From Nymphaea colorata (Eukaryota), in the NCBI RefSeq assembly GCF_008831285.2, contig NC_045138.2:32550001-32614000 (forward strand): a stretch of 64,000 nt of DNA, read 5' to 3'. Shown here one piece after another: positions 13,955 to 26,579 of this stretch. Under the pieces are notes generated by a model. It was not told the DNA's origin. It did not search any database and was given only the letters and a program-made list of their open reading frames with translations. A program made the translations under genes and the position numbers. The first letter of the stretch is position 1. Each line of letters begins with the position of its first letter.

Positions 13955-15196
13955 ATGTGCCTAGGGTTCCAACCTTGACTTGTTCTGGCTTTTAAGGATC
14001 AGGTTTAGGAAAATCAACAATTGAATGAGAATCGGGCCACTTGCTTTTGCCGCCAGTGTTTCGGTCTTATTTTTCCAGTGTTTTGGTCTTTTTTTTTTTG
14101 TTCGGTTTCCTCACTACAGTTATCTTTTCCTGTATAGCACCTCACTGGCAGTTAACACTATTTTGTGAAAATCTCTGTGGTTAAGGGTTCAAAACTTCAA
14201 TTATTGGGCATAATCTTGTTGATCTGTGTGAAGATCTCTATGGTTCATGGTCTCTATATATTTGGTTTTGAGATCCATAATTTATCAGCTATAGGGACCT
14301 TCCTGTTCTAGAGGGGAATTTAAGGGAATTAATTTTGTTGTATTTTTTTCATGCAAACACGAAGAGGCTTCCGTACAGCAATATAAAGGATGACAATGAG
14401 ATAGCTACTAAAGGTGAATGATGTTTGTCGTTGGATTGCTCATGCACACTTTTGTTGTGAAGGCGCAACAAACTGAGGCTGATTCCTCAAAACGTCCTTC
14501 ATTTCTGTGCGAAGCACCCTCAGACAATCCCATGTTTGACACGATTTCCTCCAAGCACTTTGCATTGCATATCTTAGGTAGAGGTAACTGATCGACTCAA
14601 ATAATGTAATTTCACTGTTAAAGGAAATTCGATAATTGAAATAGGAAATGATGTGGACTGCAACTTTTGATCAATGAAACAAATTAGGGTGACAAAATAT
14701 CGAATATTAGGAACTCTGAGTATGAACAGACCTGTATAAGCATAAACCTCGTTGGATATGTTAGCAATCCCCTTCCTATTTGTCATTGTTGCACCAAAGA
14801 GTAAACAAAAAAATTATGAAATATGACAATATAGAAGCATTAATCACAAAACCAAGAGGAAGAGACAGAGAGGGGTAAGCCGGCACCTGAGGTGCACGCC
14901 TCATTCATGGAGGTGTGCGCTTCAAATGAAAATGGCAGTATGTTTTATTTGTTGCAAAATCGGTTATAATATGATATACCGGTGGCTAGTATCACCGTTG
15001 TAGATCTATAGCGGCGAAGATATATAGCGGGGCTAATTGTCACCGCTATAAGTGGGATATAGCGGGGAGGCTAATCGCTGGTATAAGTTAGTCTAGCGGC
15101 GAGGTAAATCACTGCTATAGATTTATACCGATTCATTTGTTCCCCGGCATTGACGTATAGCGGTGGCTTTTGCCATTTTATGTCTTCCGTTCTTGT
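13955..15196. repeat. Older, diverged partial copy of window start (1-185) and of module M (2560-3590)
   Basis: 13955-14162 matches 1-185. 14230-15196 matches ~2560-3590 with deletions. Confidence 0.75.
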
Positions 15197-15859
15197 CATG
15201 CTTGTGGGCGAGTCATTGCCGCTTCCAGTGCCGACGGAACCTACATGTTCAATGAAAAGATGTGTCAAGGATTCAAACATATCACCATCGTCAGTAAATA
15301 GAGTTACAACCATTGGGATTACTTCTAGCTGTAAAATAAATCAATAGTGCCTTCTCGAGACTAACCAAAAAAGAAACTGAACCAGGCAATCTCTACTCGC
15401 TTCATATAGGCGAGTGTCTTAGACAGAAGCAAGCTTGAGAAAATTCGGAAACTCGTTAGTTTGTATAGTGAGAAAGTAAAACTTGTCTGCTTTTCTTCTT
15501 GTGCAATTCTCTCTTTTATGTTTGTTTGTCTTGTAATCTTTTATTTCTCATGCAGGTTCACAAAAATGGTTTGCCTTTCAAGGACGGACGAGGATCTGAA
15601 ATTGCTGCGAACTAAATCGAAGATTGTTTTTTTCTTGGGTTTTTGGCTGTCGGCAACACATTGTCATGGTCAATATTTTGACAATGACGGCCATGGTTAC
15701 TTATCCTGCTTCTCTCTTCACTAGCTTCAAGAACGGGACCATTCAAATCAAATATCTATCAGGTGGGATGCGTGATCAGCAAGCTTTATTGCCATTGGGG
15801 GCAACTCTCTCTCGTTCTGTCTCTTAATTAGACGCATACTAGCTGAAATGACCTCCAAT

Positions 15860-16440
15860 TGCAGACCCATTGATCAGGGAAGCGGGCTCATTGTTGGGTG
15901 TCTCAAACTCTGCTAGTCGAATGTAAATAGCGTCAACACTTCCATCAGACAACTGTTGTAGATCGAAAATATCTCCTTTCCACAGGGAACACACAGGCTG
16001 TCCATGAGGAAGCTTTCAAGCAAGCCGATCTACATCCCTCGGTGCTTTCCGCTACTGTTACAACACTGGGATTGGAAGGACGCCTCATCCCCGTCTGCAA
16101 GGCAAACTGGTCGGTTTTTGCAGCCCAACTTTTTCTTCCTGCTGCACCTTCCAGACCAATCATTTAGCTCCCAATCTGTAAAAAATGCAGGCTCGAACCC
16201 GCCGAGGCACTTGCAGTGGTTCAATCTGATCTCCCTATGACAAACCCCAAAAGCTCCACAGAGGCCATAGACACGAGAGATTTGATCCTCTGCGGGCCCA
16301 ACCCAGAAATGTAACGACTGTAGTTTACCCTTCGCTCATATGAATAGCTTGTCCGGTCCCCTGTAATCGACCACGTACCTAAAAGATGTGGCGTTTTCCA
16401 CTTTCTTTTTACTATGTAAGTGAAATAACTTACATTTTCG
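15860..16440 (-). pseudogene. G-type lectin S-receptor-like kinase ectodomain fragment (S-locus glycoprotein end, EGF, PAN/Apple)
   Basis: ENVSYFTY..RYVVDY..VYGLCGAFGVC..CKCLGGFEP..WELNDWSGRCSRKKKLGC..EGCRSACL..AIYIRLAEFE, with stops and frameshifts. Confidence 0.85.
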
Positions 16441-16580
16441 TTTGAGGTACCTTTGCTCTTCTAGTTACTAAAATTTTCCCTTTTATTTATGGAGTACCTT
16501 TTTTACAACCATTTTTTCTTTTTCTTTTTTTTTCAAAAAAACCTTTCCTTTTCTTGTTTTTTCGAAAGGATGCATGCACA

Positions 16581-19500
16581 TATGGACCAAAGTGTAGCGT
16601 CCTACTCCTATCTGACTATTTCTTAATTTCTTATTGAATCTGGGTAACTAATTTCCCTTCTCTTTCATTATCTTCTTTTTTGAGATTTGGTTTGACATTA
16701 TCAATTCGTTTAGATTAAGTGGTGTTGTTGGTTTTGCATTTTGAGATGAGGTCTACTTAACTTTGCGATGTTTCGATTATTAAGTTTTGCTTACAAAAAA
16801 GAGAGTAACTCATTGCCCAACAGAAAAAAAATATGCTAGTCCGCAAAAATCACAAGGAAGTGAACTTCTCAATGCTCAGGCCGAAGGTTCACTACAATAG
16901 AAATTAGATCTAGAACCGGCCCATCCTAAATCCATCTATTAGAAGTTCTTACACTTCCGAAAACACCTCTGTGAGTCTGTTCACCATAAATCCTTGTGGG
17001 CTGTGGCATCTTTCTTTCGTTTCTCTTCGAAACCCTAAATCCTCCGCTGTCTCTCTCTTGCCTCTGCCTCTCTCTCTCTTCCCTCCTTACGCTCCATTGC
17101 TTGTCATCTCTCACGATTAATCGTCACAACTCCCTCTCTTTCTCAAATCTAGATCGCTATCTCATCCGAGGGATGAAACAATTTTTTTTCCAACAAAGAT
17201 TTGCATCACTAAATGCCAAGCAGAATCAGATTCACAAGATTGAGGTAATGTGGCTCAAACGTGCCTATTTTCTGTTTCTTTCTAATCTCCTCTCTATCTC
17301 AATTACCGGTAACTTTACATTCGATTCACGGAGTTCGGTGTAATGGTTGGGTTTTTGTTATTTCATTCATGAATCGTTTCTGGTTCTGAATGTGTGTTTC
17401 TTCATTTTCGGCGTCTCCTTTCTGGCATTTATCCAGATTGACCGAAATTAGCTGCAGAACCACGTCGCATCTGTCTATTTGCTTTATAACAAGAACTTGG
17501 ATCATTATTTCAAATTAAATTGAATGGATGCCGATGTTTGGAATGGCAATATGGTTTCCAGAATGAAAGTGCAAATCAATAACGTAAACGGTGCAAATGG
17601 TGTATATGGCATAGTATGTTTGTGCACAATTGGCCTTTTGTTAACGGCGGTTGGTTTCCTCGAATTAAAATTTGTCAATTCCTGTTATCAGCCTATCAAT
17701 TCCATATATGTACTTCCGATTGTTCAAACGACAAAGATGTGGGAGGATTTGGGGATAGACACCGATGTAGATGAAGATGATGAAAGGTCGAGGTTCCGAG
17801 ATGCTATGATGGAAGAAAGAAGAACATCGACAATCCCTTTCTCTTTGGTTGAATTTCCAAGGTACGACCCCATGACACATTGCCGTTCCAGTTCTGTAGC
17901 CTGTAGGTTTCTATGTATCGTCTCGCTCTCGTTCTCTGTTAGCGTCTGTGTCTAATCTTTCATCCATCGGAAGGGCCTGGTTAGGTCTTTCAAATGCGAC
18001 ACGTGGTGTGTATGTTGTAAGCTGTGCGTCCCTTGAAAAGCTAGAACTCCTAAGGATTCCGATCTCTCATCTGTGCGCATTGCCGCGATCGTTAAGCTTT
18101 CTGAAGGATGTATGGTTGTTTGTTGCACAAAATTGCAGCGGATATTTGTCTTCTACACTTTTGTGCAATGAAATATGCTCTCCTTCTGTCAACCAGCTGC
18201 AATATAGATTTCTTCGCTGAAGCCTTCCTTCTGTTTTTCTTTTTTCTTTTTTTCTGTCTCTACATTCTTATGTGCTACTAATTGTATTAGATATAACATG
18301 TTAACGAGTTAGAATATATTCTTTATCCCTCTAACTCGGCTTGTGAACATCCCTACTAATAACACATACTTGAAGTCAAAACCAATTCAGCATAAGTAGC
18401 TAATCAATCATCAAACCATTCATGTGACACGCACACGCACACGCACACGCACATGCACATAGAAGCTTGACCACCAAGAACAATCCAAGATGCCTGCCCT
18501 TCAAAGCTGTTTATCACCCTTAAACTTGCCCTGTTGATGTCCAAGATGCTCATCTGCCAACCAACAAACTGTCCAATTCACTTGATGTTCTTTAAAGTTT
18601 TTAAGGTTGAATGTTAAGTTTCCTGAAAGACATTTATTACGCATTCAAAGCGGAAGGTAAAATATAGGCTGACTTCACCTAAACTGACACAGAACTTCCA
18701 GGGCATATTTGGGTCTATATTTGTTATTAAAGATTTCATAGAAGCTCAAATTTGATGAGTAAGTTATTTGAAGATTCCAAGGAGTAATCATGCATAATAA
18801 GAACTTATTTATTTCGATAACTATTAAGTACTGAGAGGAATTTTACTGGTCATTCAGATTCTTCTAATGATCTTTGCATACGTAGTAGCATAGACAGCAT
18901 TTACTTGTTATGGATGTTCATGGAGGGAAATTTTTCCTATTTTTTATATGCAACTTTGAACCTAACCTACATTATGTAATTTGGCAACGTTTCAAGCGTG
19001 TCTTGAATATCAACCAAATTCTGTTGATTGATGATGAATCACATCTCAATCAACTATCAGGAACAAGAACCCGTTCAGATTCAGTTGCATTTGTTTTCAA
19101 CTTTTTCAATTCATGAACCTCTGTTTACAATGACAAGGTTTTTTTTTATATATATATATTAAATTGTTTGTTTAATGTTTAACTTTTTAATTAAGAAGTC
19201 TCTTGTTTTTGTAATTTTGAAATCATAGATCAAGGTAAACTACGTATTCTATTTATCCATTTGATAGATGATGCATTGACTTTGGTCATGTGACGTTTCC
19301 TGTACCATAGTCGCTTCTAGATCCATGTGCAGCTCTGTAAGAAAAAAAAAATGTGGGGTCCATATCTGATCATGGAAGCTCTCTGATCATTCGTAGTTAT
19401 ATGTTATTTATAACATTGACGGAAGATGAAGTTGGAAGGATGCATGAGAGTTTACCATTGATCTTGTTTCATAATTCATTCACATTAACTCGTGGATAAT

Positions 19501-22405
19501 GTTGCTCTTGGTAAGTTTCTGGCTTTGATTTTGAAAAAAAACTGTTAGTCCATAAGTTGACGATGCTCATTGAATAGGCCACCATAATCCAATTGATGCA
19601 GCTAGTTGTGTTCGGCCATAATATGTCTTCAAACCATCAATTATGTTGGTGGTTCTATTTCGATTGAGACATTCTAAAATCAATAGTATTGCAACTTCCA
19701 TTTCTTTGATTGTGGTTGCTGTTGATGTATTTTGCTTATCAATGATGGGCTTTTGGCCCAGACTGAGTCTTAGAGATGTGTACAAAAGGGATTGAAAATC
19801 TAGGTGGTTAAGTTTGCTGGAGACTTACTTAATCCTTATTAGGTTTCCTAGCAGAACTTCGTTCATGAGGTTGTGCATACATGGTAACATAAACCAGAAG
19901 GGAAGAGGGAATCATCTGAACTAGTTTGGTTGAGAGCAAGGCTTGTATTCTTTAGTGAGTTCTTAGTTCACATTTTAAGCTCTAGGTTAACTGTTCAAAT
20001 ATTAGACATACTCATGTTAGTCTCTATAAAAACCTCTCTGGTTCATGGTCACTATATGTTTGGTTTGATATCCATAATTTGTCTGTTGCAAGGGACCTTT
20101 TCTGTTTCGTAGAGGGGAATTTAAGGGAATCAATTTTGAGGGAGTTCTTTCATGCAAACACCAACATGCTTCTGAACAGCAATATGAAGAATGGCAAATG
20201 ATGTAGCTGCCAAAGGTGAATGGTGGTTGTTGTTGGATTGCTCGTGCACACTTCAGAAGCAAGTCCCAACTTCCATTGGTTGCGGAATGATCAGGTGCAA
20301 TACCACAGGCATCCTAGATTTCAGGCATCAAACTGAGGTCGATTCCTCAAAACATTTCCTTCATTTATGTGCAATCATATTACGAGAAACACCCGCAGAA
20401 AATCCCATGTTCGACATGAATTCCTCCAAGCGCTTTGCATTTGTCAGCTAGAGGTAGAGGTAACTGATCAAGATTCTACATACTTAAATAAACATAATTT
20501 CAATGCTAAACGAAATTGAACAATTGAAATAGGAAATAATGTGGACTGCGAACAATGAAGCCAATTAGAATGACAAACTATCCGATATTAGGAAGTCTGA
20601 GTATGAAAGAGTGCAAGTACCTTCAGTGCAGAAATCAACATATCAAGTCGATTTTTCATAAACAGTTTATTAAACAGATAAATGTGTTTTAGCATCAAAG
20701 ATATATGTGTTAAATTACCAGAGAGAGAGAGAGAAGAGAGGTAGGCTGGCAGCCTGGCACCTTAGGTGCACGCTTCACGGACTGGGGCGTGCGCTCCAAA
20801 TAACACCGGCTGTATTTTCAGCCGGTTTGCATGATTAGTTTTAATAACGTATACCGGTGGCTAATATCACCGTTATAGGTCTACAGCGGTGAATACTTCC
20901 AACGGCGACAACCAGCACCGGTAAAAGTATGATTTAGCGGGGGAAAGTATCATCGGTATAAGCAAGTATAGCGTCCGAAAAACGCACCGGTATAGACAAA
21001 TACCGGTAGTCTTCGTCGCCGCTATTGAGCTATAACGGTGATTTTTTGCCAAGCATGTCTTCCGTTCTTGTTGTTTAACAAGAATCAGCTTGAATTTGAA
21101 GTGCTTCGTTTAGCTTTTGTTTTATATATAATTCAAGCAGTTAAATACAAGATTCCCATACCTTCAAATATGCCTATTACCGTTCAAATTTGATGTAAGT
21201 TCTGGTAATTATATTTTTTCACATTCACGAGACATGACGGCATGGGTCTGTCAGTATTGTTTAGAAATCAGGGAAGTCTTTGGGATCATTTACAGGTGTG
21301 CCGAGACATTTAAAGAAATTTAGTACAGGTTGCATCTCAATTGAATCAGCAGAAAAGAAACGTTGCATCTGGTATTTAATTGATTGTGGGAGTGCAGATC
21401 TGTCTGAAGTAATTGCACTGACGTTCAATGAAATTAAGCAGATAGTTAAATAACAAGTGAATAAACGAGCCTTGTATAACACTACATCTTCAACCCAAAG
21501 AGGACTGGTGTAAAATCTTGTCTTCAAAAGCAGATTTTCCAATGATATTTGTTGTTCTCGACTTCAGACTTGAGGGTCTCATTAGTTTACATTCATGATT
21601 CTGTCAAATTGTTGATGTGAGAACAATATATGTAAAATCTCTTGCTTATGAAGTTCGCATGAGTCTCAACTCAGGGGAGATTTGAGATGCAACCCTGTAT
21701 ATTCAGAATGCAATTTATGCATCTTTACTGGTGCTGCCGTACTTTCTTCTGCTGAATCTACTGTCATATGTTAGTTCGGTTGATACTGGTGTGAGGTGCA
21801 ATAAGAAGAGCGTTGTCAATATGGTTACTGGGGATGCTGCGAGGTGATCAAGTTTCTAAGACTAATCAGTCACGCTCGAAAGCGTCAAGCACACAAGTAG
21901 GATCATTGCTGACCAGACTGGACTTCAACTTGTTGTATAGTGGCATTCCGATTCGAGATTGAAGGCATTTCAAAGGTACCGTTTGCTTCATGAATGGAAC
22001 CTGTTATCTGGATCTGCACATGGCAGGCAGATCAAATATTAAACGAACTCTTACTCTGGGATTATTTGAATGGAAAGAGTAAGTTTTGCACAATATTCAT
22101 CATGTGACTAATATAGGTTCAATTTTTATCTTCAAAATCAAAAGTTGTGAACTTGACAAAACTTGTAGGACGTGCTTCTCGCTTGTTATATTATCAATTG
22201 CTTAGACCGTTTTTTGTTTATAAAATAGACATGATAACTAACTTTAGGACTTATTATGGACAGAAAGCTGTCCTTTTTTGGTTTTCTTAACTTGTTTGAT
22301 CTGTAAAATTTAATTTAGTGTATTGGTCAGTCGCTGTCTTTCTCAGCTTCCAATATTTGACTTAAAAAACCAATTACTTGACCTTAATTCTCATTGTTTT
22401 ACATT
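16581..22405. repeat. Most complete N+M composite unit
   Basis: 16581-18100 ~ 12275-13720, followed by 18188-22405 ~ 878-4945. Confidence 0.88.
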
Positions 22406-22419
22406 TAAAACATCTGGTA

Positions 22420-25400
22420 TTTATATTGATGGTTGTTTAAAACCAAATTTGGATTTGCCTCTACATCATTCTCAAAAATCTACGTTTGGGTTAATTTTTT
22501 AATCAGATGTTAACTTTTTTATATTAGCCGATTTAGGGATTCAGCTAAATTAATTGTCAAGCATTAAATAAAATAAATAATTTCATTTTGCAATAAAAAA
22601 AAGAAATACACTTCTTATAATTTTCTTTTTCTTTTAGAGGCCGTTTGATGCATTAGAAATATAGAGTTGGAAATAAGTTTTTAAAAACTTATTTAAGGAA
22701 TTAAAGAAATCTAAACAAAATCTAGATTTCCAAGACCCCCTTTGTGTTTGTTGGACTTGAGTTTATGTTTCAGGAAATAAATTTCTTAGTTTGATAAGAA
22801 TAAAAGATGAAAAAAGAGAATCGTTGGATTAATTAATACTTTGAGAGCTCAACGGTTAAAAAATTTATATTTATTTCCAATGCTACATGAAATATCCTTC
22901 CCATCAAATGGGCCCTTAAAGATACTGTTTCCCACTTATGATGCCAAGGAGGGCAACGATCTTGTTATCCTTTCACGCGGTTTTCTTCATTCTAAGGCAA
23001 TAACTCAGTTGGTCTTCGAATGGTCCGCGCTGAACCAACTCTTGGCTTCAAATAGCGCAGCCTGTTCAATGTGTCTGCATCCTCACCTAGCCTAATCAGC
23101 TTGCAATTGCACCCGCTTATGCATCCTCATGTAGGTTACAAATGTGTGTTGTTAGGGCTGTGCATCAAGCCGGCCGGGCCAATCCAAATGAAGTTGGTTT
23201 TTATTCAATTTGCCTCATGCACCTGCCACCTGGGCCCGACTTGATTTTAATAAAAGATCATAAAATACAAAAATTTGATATGTAAGATATTTATAACTAA
23301 AACTATAATAAAAATACTTATATATAAATTAGGCAGTCAGTTTTTGTTTTAATAATTGATGTGTCAATTTCCTTGTGCTATAAACAAGGGCACACTAACA
23401 GTAAGTTGAAGTGTCGTAGGAACAACATTCGAGACACCAAAAGTATGTCACTTATTCTATAGAAACAAGGAATTAGGTCGGAGCATGAGCTCTCATCTAT
23501 GTATGATGAAATAATTATCTTGCTCAACTAGTAATCCCTTTGAGACACGTTTTTCAACACCTATTTCTCTCAAAGTAAAATAAATAATAAGACAAGACAA
23601 CATCTGATTGTTGTTTTAACAAATAAATACCGGAGACATGGTTCCGTTTCTATATATATGACATACATAGATATACATTTTGGTCACATTCCAAGCTTCA
23701 CTTTCACAAGAAGGATAATAAAGCCTAACTTGCCCACTATTTTGTGCAACTACATAACAAAACTATTCGATGTGATGTGAATAAATCAAAGTTTTCTTAC
23801 AATAACTCCAATTATTTCACATAAATGTAGCAAAATTATGATAAATTGACAAATTTAACGGTCACCAATACAAGTAAAACCATGGCAGTGCAGATCTTAC
23901 GAAGATATAAGAGGGTGCGAACATTTTACTCATGTAGCGACGTAATGGATTGAATACGATATACTATTAACCATATATGTTTTTTCTTGGCTTTGCATCG
24001 ACAGTTTCACTGCCCACCGGTGAACCGGAGGGCGCGGCGTGCGCGTCGGGGTCTCGCCAGATGTAGAGGGTTTAAAGTGGATTTGCGATGGGGCCAGCTC
24101 CTTCCGTATTCGGTAGCCGGAAAGCATCCCAAAGAGCGTGCGCCATCTCTTCTTCCCGTTTTCTTCTTGATTTATGGCGGTTTCTTCTTTCTTGATTTAT
24201 GGCGGTTTCTCGTTCTTCATATTATGGCGCCTAAAAGGGAAAAGCCGTCTGCGTCGTCGATTACAGAAAGAAATGTCACCCACGAAGCAGGGCAATGCTT
24301 CTACGTCCGGCGATGAGAAGATGGTGTGGCGGCATTTCATCGGTGTGGGCGGAAAAGGACCGTCCGCTATCTCGGTTCTCACTCATGGCAGGCAAGATAC
24401 ACTCACTCCCTGCTATTGTTTGCTGGGCTTGATACATCTCTATCTCTCTCACTTTTGAGGGCGTCCGTTCGCGTCCTCCTTTGGCCGGCAGCCATCGCCG
24501 GTGTGTGATGGTTGTTCGAAGCCCTCTCCACCCTTCAATTGTCTTTGTTTGTTGTTTCCTATTGGGGTTTCTCTATAGTCCGTGGGGTTTATCATTTCAG
24601 GCTGGGGTCTTTCATTTAGGCACTGGGCTGGGGTTTTCTTTGAGGTTTTGGTTGGGTTCTTCCGTTGAGGTTGTTGCTGGTTTTTAACATTTGGTTCGCC
24701 ATTGGGTCGGATGCTTTGGTCACCACTTGGGTCGCCGCTTTCGCTTTTGGTTAGTCCACCGCTTGGGTCCCTGCTGGTTCGGTTGTGGGTCACCGCTTAG
24801 GTCGTTGCTGTCGTTCTTACTGGGTCTACCGCCTTCCGTCGTCCCTTAGGTTGCTGTTGGGTCTGCCACTTGTGTCACTCTTGACATCTGTCGCTTGGGC
24901 ATGCCGTTTTGTTGATCTTGCTGCTGAGTCGCGACAACCGCTTCAGATTGCTGCTAGATCGCCATTATCGTCTTTGGGTTTGTTGCTGGGCCGTCACTGT
25001 CGAGATGACTGCTGGGTGCTATGATTATTGTTGTGCATTCATCGCATCTAGCGTGCGGCTATTCAAATTCCAACCAGCCCGTCCACAGAGATTGGGTGTT
25101 TTGTCAGGTATTGCGGTTGGGTCTCTTCTGGTAATGATTTGGCTGCTGGGTTCTTCCTGTTTCCTTCTTGAATGACAATGCCTTTTATCTATGTGTTTGC
25201 AATATCAGCTTTGAACATTAAATTTCTCATGGATGGGGAAGGTGGGCATTCAAGCTGTTGGGCATTCTGCAACATGCCTGATACTCACGATTTACTGCCT
25301 CATTTCTGTTTGGTTTGTTGGTGGTCTCACTGCATAATAGTGCCAACCAGGTCAGCGTGTTTTTATCCTAAAGTGCTACGTTCTATCTTCTGCATGTAGT

Positions 25401-26525
25401 TTCTTTTCTATACGATTATATGCTATATTTCTATTTGTTGTTTGAATCTAGTCTGGGCATATTGTTTTTTCGTTTAGAATACTTGATGCATTTGACTTCA
25501 GCTTATAGTCACAATGTAATATGTTGCTTCCTGTGTTACTCTGGGCATAGATGTAGGTGTCTCTTACTGTTGGACACGTACATCTCATGTTTAGTAAGTC
25601 TTGAATAAAGTGGATATTTGGGTGGAGAAGTTATGCAGAAAATTAGTAAAACTGTTTCATATAAAGGTGAAAAGAAGCTGATGAAATTTGCATGGTGTTC
25701 AAACTACATGCTGTAAACATATTTGGAAATTGAGTCACAAAAGGGAGGTTAAGCCATTTTGTGAAACTAAGCTGCTAAAGCCGATGGAATACTATTTTAT
25801 CTTGGAATATCCCTGACGGTTCAAATAAAACCATGAAGGGATTGCCCTCAAACACCTGCAGTGGTTGCACTGACACTCTGACAGTACATCTTGCATGTGC
25901 AGTTTGTGTTTTTCTCTGTAAGCTAATGGATACAAATTGGTTGATTCATATCCTTCAAGGCTTTTAGACTCATTCTTAGAAATCTTTAATGTATATTCAA
26001 CTTCTGTTCAGAATTGTGCATTTTTTATTCTTATTGACACCCATTGCATTAATATATTGGAGGAATGGTATGTTGTCATTGTTATTTATACTTTATGGCA
26101 CTGACTTTATCATGAGATATTGTCAACATGGACGAAAGAAGTGTTCGCTTATCATTTATCAGCTAAAATTAATGCTTATGATACTGGTTATCTTTCCTGA
26201 GTAAAAGGAATAATCATATATTCATTTCTTATATTGTCAATTTTTTTCATAATCACTCATGACCTAAGGTTTTCAAGACTTGGGTTCCCAATTTCTTGGT
26301 AGTTTGGTTTTTCTGAAGGCCATATGCATGCTCTCTCTGTAGCTGCTTGGTATCTCTAATCTTAGAACTTGATTTTAGATATTTAGTTATAGAATTTAAT
26401 TTGTCGTTGCATGAGGAAGACTGTGTGAAGCATGGCCTCTTTTATGGTTTTCTGAATTTTTGATATTTAGTTATAGAATTTAATTTGTCGTTGCATTAGG
26501 AAGACTGTGTGAAGCCTGGCCTCTT
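22420..26525. repeat. Segmental duplication, near-identical to 47900-51797, leading into the satellite array
   Basis: Colinear. ORF-track peptides at 24174-26204 and 49466-51478 are almost identical. Confidence 0.93.
22637..22915. mobile_element. Tourist/PIF-Harbinger-type MITE
   Basis: Imperfect 14-bp TIRs GAGGCCGTTTGATG / CATCAAATGGGCCC, flanked on both sides by TTA. Confidence 0.75.
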
Positions 26526-26579
26526 TTATGGTTTTCTGTTTTTCATTCAACTGGAAAATGTAATTAGATGTTGTTTTAA

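Noticed and set aside
22925..23135. Possible S-domain PAN-end/transmembrane remnant on the minus strand (GEDADTL..KIVALLGIISG)
   Set aside because: Needs several frameshifts and has no diagnostic cysteine pattern
24174..24458. KMVWRHF as a BED-finger start of a hAT transposase (also 49466-49732)
   Set aside because: No following CxxC or transposase sequence; overlapping GC-rich ORFs show no recognisable domain
26378..26540. Small local tandem duplications (84-bp here; 42-bp at 41295-41378; ~43-bp at 63401-63483)
   Set aside because: Real, but ordinary slippage products with no sign of function
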